From the NCBI GenBank assembly GCA_977018835.1, contig OZ361257.1, positions 124,001 to 188,000 on the forward strand: a stretch of DNA of 64,000 bases, in the 5' to 3' direction. Below, piece after piece: positions 53,902 to 64,000 of this stretch. The first letter of the stretch is position 1; each line of letters opens with the position of its first letter. Source of the DNA: Minutocellus sp. GHC0000111 (lineage: Eukaryota). Position numbers and translations under genes: made by a program. The notes under the pieces are model-generated. The model worked only from the letters and a program-made list of their open reading frames with translations. It did not search any database and was not told where the DNA came from.

Positions 53902-56900
53902 ATGAAACAACATAAGAGAAGCGATCGGAGTCCTTCAGATCTTGGAGGCATCCCATCATTTCGGCAGGGACATCTTTCCGCCACCAGCGATGTGAGACGC
54001 TACCAATCTCTCTCAGCCCCGCGTGTCGACGGGTTTGATTTCTTCCTCGACAGAGGTTTGTCGCGGGCAATTTCGGACATTGAGCCAGCAGAGTTTGACC
54101 TGGTCGATCCAGGACACAGTGAAATGAATGATGGAACTAAGATCAAGTTTTGGGTTGAGGGAGTAAAGTAATCCCTCCAATGAAGGCGGGCTCGACTAGT
54201 GGTGACTCTCTCAGAAGATATCAGTCCTCTTCGCAAGTTTCTGGATTTTCGCCCCTAACTCCACGGGAGTGTCGTGAGCTTGGCTTGATGTATTCAGGTG
54301 CTATGACTGGAGAATTCTGCTATCAACTTATCCAGAGAGATTCGGATGGAGTCGAAAGCACCGGAAGAGTTGTAAGGATCAAGAAAAAATTTGGGGACAT
54401 GCCAATCATGGTTATGAGCAAAGCCTGTCACCTTCGAGGAAAGACGCCAAAGGAACTTGTTCAAATGAGGGAAGAGGTGAGGAATCAATAATAGAAACAT
54501 GTAACTTTTCTGTGCGAATTCATCTCTCGTGTAACCCCAGACTTCTTCCTCTAATTTTCCCACTTGCTTGAAATCTCAACTTCATACTTTCAGCAAAATG
54601 AGTTTGGCGGATATTTCATCATCAATGGAATCGAAAGATGTGTTCGACTTCTTCAGATTCCACGCCGAAACCATCCGTCCGCTATACAACGCTCCAATTT
54701 CAAGAACAGAGGGCCAGCCTTCTCAGATCTTGGTGTCGCCATCCGATGCTCCCGCCAAGTCGGAGATCAAACTTCTATTACCAATACTGTACACTACCTC
54801 ACCTCAGGAGGGGCGAGTTTTCGTTTCTCTGCACGAAAGCAGGAGTTTCTTATTCCTGTCATTATTCTTCTTCGCGCCCTATCTGGAGTAGCGTCGAAAG
54901 CAACCGCAAGTGAAGGTGGATTGGGCTGCACCGACGAGGAAATCTTCCGCCGGACAATGCAAGGGGCCGAATCCAACACTTTCCTACGTGCCAGGGCCGA
55001 GCTGCTTTTGCAGGACGCAAACCGTTTTGAAGGTTTACACACGTCGGAGGAGTGCTTGGCATATTTAGGTGGAAGATTCCGTGCTATGAGTATGCGCGAA
55101 GACAGCACGTCTGATGTGGATGTCGGTCACTACATGATTCGAAGGTATGTGATCTTGACCATCTCTTTTGTCATCACGTTTGCATACTATGATTGTATTA
55201 CATTATGTATGCACTGTGTTCCTGTTTGCACCCTTCTTGCTAACCTTCCCTCCGTTCACTTACATCTTATTTTATTAGATACATTCTTGTGCACCTTTCC
55301 GATTATAATGACAAGTTGGAGTGTCTTTTCCTACTTCTTCGAAAACTGTGCTCATTTGCAGCGAATGAATGTTCGGTAGATGATGCCGATTCTCTTCAGA
55401 ATCAAGAAACACTGCTTCCAGGCCATCTCATCACATCTTTCGTCAAGGAGAAATTTGAAGAAATGCTAATCGCGATCCGTTTAGGCTTCCTCAAGGAAAT
55501 GCAAGGAGACTATGGTAGATTTGTTGCCAAATTGGACGATAGCACCTTCTGGAACAAAGCTATAGATCGATTTGGTAATCTTGGTTCTGGATGGATAGGC
55601 AGAAAAGTGCAGGTGTTTGTAAGCACTGGAAATATTGTCTCATCTACTGGTCTTGATCTGATGCAAGTCAGTGGATACACAATCGTAGCAGAGCGTTTGA
55701 ATTTCCTTCGCTATTGCGCCCACTTTCGTTCTGTTCACAGAGGTCAATTCTTCATGGAGATGAAGACCACATCTGTCCGAAAATTGCTTCCAGATCAGTG
55801 GGGCTTCTTGTGTCCGGTGCACACACCTGACGGTGGACCGTGCGGTCTTCTCAGTCATCTAGCGCTCAAATGCAAAGTACTCGCAGATGCTGATCCTCTT
55901 ACTAGCACGCCGAAAGAGACATCCCTAGATAGTGTTCTTATTTCATTAGGAGTAAGTCCTGTCTGTGCCAAAGGAGAAAGTGGTCAGGGCGGATCTACCT
56001 CTGTGCATATGTTCCTTCCTGTATGTGTCGATGGCCGTGTAGCTGGTGGGATTCCTGCTAGACTGATGAAGGTAGTTGCTGCGCGTCTGAGAAGAATGAA
56101 GGTGGGAGGCAGAAATTCTGTCCCGAGTACACTTGAGATTGTGTGCATACCCCCAGGTGAGTTGGGTGTGTAGTCGTAGTAATCTTATTGAAAGTCGTGA
56201 TGTTGTTTTTATGAGTCCCATCACTCCTTAAACACAATTTGAAATCTACCTCCATCACGCTTTACGAAGGTATCAATGGTGGACCCTATCCTGGCCTTTT
56301 CCTCTTCACGGATGCTGCTCGCGTAATCCGGCCTGTGTTGCATCGAGCATCTGGTAAAGTGGAAATGATCGGGCCGATGGAGCAGCCATTTATGGACATT
56401 GCATGCCTGCCGGAGGATGTTCGTGAGGGATCCACTACTCATCAAGAATTAGATCCGACTAACATGCTGAGCCTCATCGCAAGCTTGACGCCCTTCTCTG
56501 ATTATAATCAGAGCCCACGGAACATGTACCAGTGTCAGATGGGGAAGCAAACAATGGGAACACCAGTCCATTCCCTTCCCCAAAGGTCTGATAATAAGCT
56601 GTATCGGCTCCAGAATCCGCAAGCTCCGATCGTTCAGACGGCTCGGCACGGAGAATACAAAATGGACGAGTGCCCCAACGGCACAAACGCGGTAGTAGCA
56701 GTTCTGAGTTACACCGGTTTTGACATGGAAGATGCAACGATATTGAATAAGTCTTCATACGAGCGAGGTTTTGGTCACGCTTCAGTTTACAAGACAATAA
56801 TGATCGACTTGCAAGATGAGATTGAGAGGTCTGGGGGGTCGAAGGGTGGTAAGGTTCGAGTTGCTTTTCGAAACAAGGAGAGGCAGGATCGTGGATCTAG

Positions 56901-57889
56901 GAGAGCTGAATCTTCTGAGGACAGCGACGGAATTGATAAATCCGATAACACCGATTGGGAGTATCCAAACCTTAGCGAGGACGGCCTTCCGCATGTTGGA
57001 ACAAAGGTCAATGAGGGTGATGCAATGTACAGTATTGTTGACAATCTGACCGGGAAATCAAGAGTGGGAAAGCATAAAGAAAAGGAACCAGCATATATTC
57101 AGGCTGTGAGAAGACTTGGATCAAACAATGAAACCTCTATGTCCCCCTCAGGCTCAGACAAGGCCTCTATCACTTTGAGATTCAATAGAAATCCTGTCAT
57201 CGGCGACAAATTTTCAAGTCGCCACGGCCAAAAAGGTGTTATGAGTATCCTGTGGCCTCAGCACAACATGCCTTTCAGTGAGAGCGGAATATCGCCAGAC
57301 ATTATAATCAATCCTCACGCATTTCCCAGCCGAATGACCATAGGCATGCTCATTGAGAGCATGGCTGGCAAGAGCGGGGCCTTACACGGCCACTTTCAGG
57401 ATTCGACACCATTTTCTTTCCACGACTCTGGCGATAAGAATGCGATCGATCATTTCGGCGAACAGTTACAGGCTGCTGGGTTTAGTTATTTTGGAAGTGA
57501 GCCGCTGTACAGTGGCGTTTCAGGATGTCTCATGCACGCAGACCTTTATATTGGAGTGGTGTTTTACCAGCGATTGCGTCACATGGTGTCTGATAAGGCA
57601 GGTCAACACTCTAACGAGACAGCCAATCAAAGGGAGGAAGAAAGGAGGTGGTATTAGGCTCGGCGAGATGGAGCGCGATTCCCTTCTGAGTCATGGAGCT
57701 TCTTTTCTCTTACATGATCGACTGGTCAATTGTAGTGACAAGCACATTGGTGGTCTTTCTGGGAAGGACTTGCTAGGACACGACAAGAACTTGCCGTCCG
57801 AGCCACTTGTTATGCCGTACGTCTTCCGCTACCTGACTAACGAGCTGGCTGCGATGGGTGTGAAGATGTCCCTGGAGAAACGGATGTAG
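53902..57889 (+). pseudogene. RPA2: RNA polymerase I second-largest subunit, disrupted
   Basis: GGYFIINGIER, AERLNFLRY..HFRSVHRG, WGFLCPVHTPDGGPCGL, NQSPRNMYQCQMGKQ, IGDKFSSRHGQKG, GEMERD. Introns 54477-54593, 55145-55278 and 56157-56269. Frameshifts at ~54168 and ~57598; the C-terminal Cys zinc site is absent. Confidence 0.93.
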
Positions 57890-58495
57890 ACAGACACTGC
57901 ACGGCGGATCTGGCCAAAATGCATCGGATCTGGCCAAAATGCATCGAAATGCCAGTCTCTAGAGTGGGTTTTGTACTACCCAGCATGAGTCTCCTATCTC
58001 CCACTGGAATGGTCTGTTCGTCGTTGATGGTGAGATTTGACCGCTGGTCTTAGCAACGACCACCGAATCTCTACTATGTAGCTAGCGGCACCCTTAGCTG
58101 ATTCATTTGTAAGGTCTTTGTAAGTATGTAGTAAACGTAATTGCTGTGCAGATTGTTGATTTTGGAGCCTGTGCAGTGCGGCGGAGGCTGGGCGGTTACA
58201 GGAGGACGTGGAGGTCCGGCACCCTTCCTAACAGAGATAATGGTACGTACATTTCGCTAGCTTTTGCCCAGATGGAGCCCCCAGAACGCGGCACTGACCA
58301 CCAAGTACATCCTTATCCTTAATGGGAACTTGTAATTGCACGGTTGATAGCGGCCGCCGGCTAATGCTCACACGACTCGACTCCGTCCGGAACCGGTCCT
58401 AGTGCCTGCTTTTAGGGGTCTATTGAACCGAACTCACTCCGCGCGCGTGACCACCAAGTACATCAAACGCTCATGTTTGCGATTCACGTACTAGA

Positions 58496-59974
58496 CTAGC
58501 TAGATAGTAGAGAGTCTAACATTTTTAAATGCTCTCGGCAGCGTAAAATTGTATCTCCCCCCCCTCCCCCCCACGCTTTCGTTCCATCGAGGGAAGACAG
58601 TGAGGACACCCCGCGACCTAGCTTTGCAATGTCAGATATTGTTTCTTTAGGAACCGTGCTGCTCCAAATAGCTTGCTTCACGCTCATAGGTGCAGACACT
58701 TGACGGATTGACGGAACCAAATTCAAAGACGAGGGGGGCCTTTTCGCTGGGTCATCATCTAAACTCACGTGCCTGCGTTCAAAATCCTCACCTATGGAAG
58801 GAGGCGACAATTCTCTATATGGTGTGGTCGATGTTGTTTCAGAAGTGCTATCAAGCAAATAATCTCGATAACTGAAGGTGAAATTGTGAGCAATTGCAAA
58901 AGCTAGCAGCATTTCAACGCAAACTGCAAGATCTTGCAGTCCTTTTGCCACATTCTGTGCATCCCAGTTTCCTATTGGCCCTATGATTCCAACATTTCTC
59001 AAAATCAGGAAAAGGACGCCCTGCCACCAGGTGAAGAAAACAACACCTTTGATACAAAGAAACTTGCCCACTGGCCTCCAATCTTTAGGGCTGCGCAATT
59101 CTTCCTTGGTAGCAACAAAAAGCTTCACAAGACAATACATCGCCCACCCCATGCTTACAGACAGGATGAGGGAAACGTAGGTAAACACACTTCGGAGATT
59201 GAAAGATCCTTCTGAGTAAAGTCCCAATGGTGTGAGAACAACAAAAATGACAGTGGTGATCGACTTGACAACGATGAACTGCAGAGCTCCTGTCTTGCAC
59301 TGCACCATAAATTCTTCTCCCATGTTCCATCGCGACAGCACCATTCGTAGCGGCCAAGGATGCTCCCCCAAAGATGGCGCCTTTCTTTCTAAACTTATGG
59401 ACAGTGCATCCTCACCGCCTAAAAGTGCAATCATGTAATAAACGAATGACGAGATGACATATGCCTCGTACAAGTCTCGTAACGGTTCGGTGTAGACCGT
59501 GATCGGCTGTAAGAGTAGTGATGACCAACTAGTGAGAGAATAGAGTGGGACCATCCAGAGAATACGAACCACGTACTTCTGGACATCAGGGGCAAACCAA
59601 TGTGTCAGGTGGAATACGATGCTCGCCACGGATGTTGGCACGGTCATAACAACAAAGAACCCAGCAACGAAGAATGAAGTCCATGATACTGAGCCAGCCC
59701 GGGCAGACACTACGGCAAGGCATGGTATCGCCGCAAGAAAAATTACAGATGCTGTGGCCAGCACGGTACCTGCAGCGCTCCGGAAAGAAATGTGGTAATT
59801 AGCCCATTTTATCCCACTGACGTGCGATGTGTCAAGATTCCCACTGGCGGACTGTTGGTGATTGCTGTTTGTTAAGAGTGGAGTGCGGGAGTCATCTGAC
59901 AACACATGTGTTGCCGGTAAAGATGCCTGAGACTTCGCACTATGTGCGCTGCCGAAATGTTCAGCTTGGACCAT
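58496..59974 (-). CDS. TMEM184 / organic solute transporter OST-alpha family membrane protein
   Basis: QKYVVRILWMVPLY, RDLYEAYVI, LQF, KFLCIKGVVFFTWWQG, CVEM; multiple TM segments. The C-terminus is uncertain at the C-run ~58557-58572. Confidence 0.9.
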   Translation of the reverse strand: MVQAEHFGSAHSAKSQASLPATHVLSDDSRTPLLTNSNHQQSASGNLDTSHVSGIKWANYHISFRSAAGTVLATASVIFLAAIPCLAVVSARAGSVSWTSFFVAGFFVVMTVPTSVASIVFHLTHWFAPDVQKYVVRILWMVPLYSLTSWSSLLLQPITVYTEPLRDLYEAYVISSFVYYMIALLGGEDALSISLERKAPSLGEHPWPLRMVLSRWNMGEEFMVQCKTGALQFIVVKSITTVIFVVLTPLGLYSEGSFNLRSVFTYVSLILSVSMGWAMYCLVKLFVATKEELRSPKDWRPVGKFLCIKGVVFFTWWQGVLFLILRNVGIIGPIGNWDAQNVAKGLQDLAVCVEMLLAFAIAHNFTFSYRDYLLDSTSETTSTTPYRELSPPSIGEDFERRHVSLDDDPAKRPPSSLNLVPSIRQVSAPMSVKQAIWSSTVPKETISDIAKLGRGVSSLSSLDGTKAWGGGGGDTILRCREHLKMLDSLLSS

Positions 59975-60159
59975 TTCTCCAATGATTTGAATCCATTTTT
60001 CCGCTCTTTAATTGAGTTCTAAACTACACAGAAGTCGCCAAAGGGACACCATGGAAAGGCGACAATCCTTAGTACGAGCTAGCTCAGTCCGCTGGCAAGC
60101 AACATGAACCTGTACGACTACGTATTTTTATTCCTGTAGGCTACGTGTACAAACTAACC

Positions 60160-61038
60160 ATGCATTTCACTTCACGGAGTCTCCGTGTTCCACTTCTTTT
60201 GGAACTTTAAGGTGATCGCTCTTCTTTACCTGCTATTTCGGAAGAAGCATGGAGCCATCGAGCTACCTTAGTTCAAATCTCACCATCAATGCTAGCATGC
60301 CTGAGAAGGCTGTGTTACTTGGAGAAATGGGCCTTGATGAAAAGGTCACCAAGAAAAGATGCTTTCCTGTTGGAGACTGTGAAAGATGTAGTGCTGAGCA
60401 GAAAGAAAAGTCGAAACCAATAGCTCAGGCGTGTGATGCGACAGGAAGAAGAAAGAAGATTGAGTGCGTCGTATTGCGAGAAGGTATGGAAATTTTTACA
60501 TGTCATTGATTTTGAACTGCGACATGCACAGACCAACACAAGTTGCTGCCGAACTTGAAAAATTGTGTTGGATCGCGTGCATTTTGATCTGTTTTTTGGT
60601 CAGTAACACCATGATTGAATTATCGTTGTTGCTTCCTGTACCTCCAGATAAAGAATTTCAAAGAATCGAGTTGTATCGCCCATGTGATAGAACTGTTGCC
60701 GACGAGGAGGCGATAATGGTGAGGGTTAACGTTCGACAGTTTCGAGGTTTCTTGACACTTGTCGTTGTGCACCCATTTTTTCTTACTGTGGACTCTTATT
60801 CCACTCTTTGTCTTTTCTGAAAATGAAGGTGCAAATGCAACTCGTTTGTGCCCTTATTGGATTTTGTTCTATTTTGGCTATGCAAAAGCAAAAGAGAGCA
60901 TCGGCAAGTTTGTTCGACCGAAGAAAAAGAATCAATGATGACACCTGCAGGCAAGGAACTAATATTTCTAATGCCGCCACTACGAGTAAGGTGGGAGGAA
61001 ATCAAGTAGTTTCATTAGGAAATGTCGAATTGGTGTGA
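60160..61038 (+). CDS. JTB (jumping translocation breakpoint)-like small Cys-rich membrane protein
   Basis: Pattern C-x5-C-x2-C..C-x2-TG-x6-C..YRPC followed by one TM and a basic tail, over about three exons. The 5' end appears out of frame. Confidence 0.55.
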
Positions 61039-62019
61039 CCTATTCATCACCAACAATGCATGTTGGTGATTGCCATGGAAAATTGTTAGGAAACCACCAG
61101 AAATTTTTCGATGATCTAACCGAATGTTTTTTTGGTCGCGGCACAACTAGATCTGGAGAAAACAATTTGCTCCGCTTGCACAGGGGAATTTGGAGTTGTC
61201 AAAATTGGTCATGAGCTTATGAACTCTCTTAGCGTGAATCCTTATCCCTATTTTATCTGTTCCATATTTTCGTGGTGATGCGAGTCTCTTAGGGTGAATG
61301 TAGCCATGGAGGAATTTGGAGAACATTGGAGGCATCAAGATTGACCAGTTCAGTAGCTCTATGAACTCTCTTGGCGATTGATGCAGGGTGATGATGATTG
61401 ATCTGTTTTTTCATAGGAGTACAATCATTGCGATGATGTCACTTTTCTCGTGGAAAACTCAGCGTGGGAAAACTCAGCGCAGCAGACATGACAATGTGTT
61501 ACATGCACTTGCTCGAGGCTCCTACCAAGTTTCACTAGGCCTACATGTGTAGGTATTGGCAGGAAGGCTCACAAAAGTATCGCACACTTTACACTTTAGA
61601 TCGGTCGGTCCTTCCCATGCCCTTTACAAAGTTCAAGAGCTGCCAAGACAAGAAATCTCGCCTATTTCCCAACAAAGATCCATTTGAAATTCTACATGAC
61701 AAGCCTGTGCGGTAATTGCCTTTGTGCGGGACATAAGTCAGATTTACAATCAATTCATCCTATTGAAAAGAGTGAACGTGATTTACAATGCCTGATACAA
61801 TTACATGGAACAAAAAGGTCTAATGAATTCTTCCGGAACAACAGGCTCGAGGGGGAAAAAAGAAATCCATTTCTCTTGCACATCGCTCAGGCTCGATCCT
61901 ACATACTACAATATTTCTCTTCATCGAACCACATGAGTGTGCGGTGAATAAAAGGCTTTTGTTTTTCTTAGCTGAACAACTGCATGTAGTTTGTATTCTT
62001 CAATGCTACTACTTTCATC

Positions 62020-64000
62020 TTGCAAAAATTATCATGCTCGTCGTCAGGTGTCCCCATCAATTCGCCGCATGTGATTGTGTTCTCCAATGGTACAACTGTC
62101 ATCCTGCGAAAGATGGGACCCGTACATACCATCGTTCTCGCCAAACAATTCACTCATTCCAGGGCTCCAAGTAAATTGTTGCACTCTGCTGCAAGATTTG
62201 GACGACGATGACAACGCCTTCTTGGTAGAAATTATCATGCTCGTCGTTGGGTGTCCCCATCGATTCGCCGCATGTGATTGTATTCTCCAATGGTACAACT
62301 ATCATCCTGCGTCCTGCGAAAAATGGGACCCGTACATACCATCGTTCTCGCCAAACAATTCACTCATTCCAGGGCTCCAAGTAAATTGTTGTACTCTGCT
62401 GCAAGATTTGGACGACGATGACACCGCCTTCTTGGCAGAAATTATCATGCTCGTCGTCGGGTGTCCCAATCGATTCGCCGCATGTGATTGTATTCTCGAA
62501 TGGTACAACTATCATCCTGCGGAAGATGGGACCCGTACATACCATCGTTCTCGCCAAACAATTCACTCATTCAAGGGCTCCAAATAAATTGTTGTACTCT
62601 GCTGCAAGATTTGGACGACGATGACACCGCCTTCTTGGCAGAAATTATCATGCTCGTCGTCGGGTGTCCCAATCGATTCGCCGCATGTGATTGTGTTCTC
62701 CAATGGTACAACTATCATCCTGCAAAAGATGGGACCCGTACATACCATCGTTCTCGCCAAACAATTCACTCATTCATGGGCTCCAAATACATGCCGTACT
62801 CTGCTGCAAGATTTGGACGACGATGACACCGCCTTCTTGGCAGAAATTATCATGCTCGTCGTCGGGTGTCCCCATCGATTCGCCGCATGTGATTGTGTTC
62901 TCCAATGGTACAACTATCATCCTGCGGAAGATGGGACCCGTACATACCATCGTTCTCGCCAAACAATTCACTCATTCCAGGGCTCCAAGTAAATTGTTGT
63001 ACTCTGCTGCAAGATTTGGACGACGATGACACCGCCTTCTTGCAGAAATTATCATGCTCGTCGTCGGGTGTCCCCATCGATTCGCCGCATGTGATTGTGT
63101 TCTCCAATGGTACAACTATCATCCTGCGAAAGATGGGACCCGTACATACCATCGTTCTCGCCAAACAATTCACTCATTCCAGGGCTCCAAATAAATTGTT
63201 GTACTCTGCTGCAAGATTTGGACGACGATGACACCGCCTTCTTGGCAGAAATTATCATGCTCGTCGTCGGGTGTCCCCATCGATTCGCCGCATGTGATTG
63301 TGTTCTCCAATGGTACAACTATCATCCTGCGAAAGATGGGACCCGTACATACCATCGTTCTCGCCAAACAATTCACTCATTCAAGGGCTCCAAATATATG
63401 CCGTACTCTGCTGCAAGATTCGGACGACGATGACACCGCCTTCTTGGCAGAAATTATCATGCTCGTCGTCGGGTGTCCCAATCGATTCGCCGCATGTGAT
63501 TGTATTCTCGAATGGTACAACTATCATCCTGCGAAAGATGGGACCCGTACATACCATCGTTCTCGCCAAACAATTCACTCATTCCAGGGCTCCAAATAAA
63601 TTGTTGTACTCTGCTGCAAGATTTGGACGACGATGACACCGCCTTCTTGGCAGAAATTATCATGCTCGTCGTCGGGTGTCCCCATCGATTCGCCGCATGT
63701 GATTGTGTTCTCCAATGGTACAACTATCATCCTGCGGAAGATGGGACCCGTACATACCATCGTTCTCGCCAAACAATGCACTCATTCCAGGGCTCCAAAT
63801 AAATTGTTGTACTCTGCTGCAAGATTTGGACGACGATGACACCGCCTTCTTGCAGAAATTATCATGCTCGTCGTCGGGTGTCCCAATCGATTCGCCGCAT
63901 GTGATTGTGTTCTCCAATGGTACAACTATCATCCTGCGAAAGATGGGACCCGTACATACCATCGTTCTCGCCAAACAATTCACTCATTGCAAGCTCTGAT
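62020..64000 (+). repeat. ~203-bp tandem repeat array, ~10 units
   Basis: GACGACGATGAC recurs at ~202-203 bp spacing (one 210-bp unit with a 7-nt duplication); units differ only by point changes. Confidence 0.98.

Noticed and set aside
58140..58490. GC-rich 3' intergenic segment with a 17-bp direct repeat, possible structured RNA
   Set aside because: No recognisable tRNA, snRNA or ribozyme core motifs and no second copy in the window.
62020..64000. CRISPR-like array or repeat-protein gene
   Set aside because: There are no unique spacers and no cas genes. The unit length (202-203 bp) is not a multiple of 3, so the ORFs change frame every unit.

Overview
Eukaryotic nuclear DNA with short GT-AG introns. 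The gene set and sequence style suggest a diatom (stramenopile), which is an inference. The window holds about 14 host genes: Pumilio, ankyrin-AAA+ (CbbX/SpoVK type), myosin, SNF1/AMPK alpha, F-box/Tubby, an ARM-CaaX protein, a PDZ adaptor, CRAL-TRIO, RNA polymerase I subunit RPA2, TMEM184, a JTB-like protein and several hypotheticals. They are interleaved with two mariner-type (DD39D-like) transposase relics, at least six TA-flanked MITE families, 5'-truncated 3' ends of restriction-like-endonuclease (CRE-type) non-LTR retrotransposons, a SINE-like repeat and a ~203-bp tandem repeat at four loci. Three window-wide signals stand out. (1) Intergenic DNA is built from TA-bounded palindromic micro-insertions (TA-CATG-TA, TA-GATC-TA, TA-CCGG-TA, TA-GGCC-TA, TA-CG-TA). 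Paired repeat copies show these were inserted at TA sites, and their cores match the termini of resident TIR elements, so they look like a dense record of transposon excision footprints. (2) TpA appears to mutate to TpG/CpA ('reverse-RIP'-like), hitting conserved Tyr codons, target-site duplications and repeat copies. (3) Most host genes, including normally essential RPA2 and AMPK, carry frameshifts, stops or deletions, suggesting a decaying haplotype or duplicated segment. Some homopolymer frameshifts could be sequencing errors.
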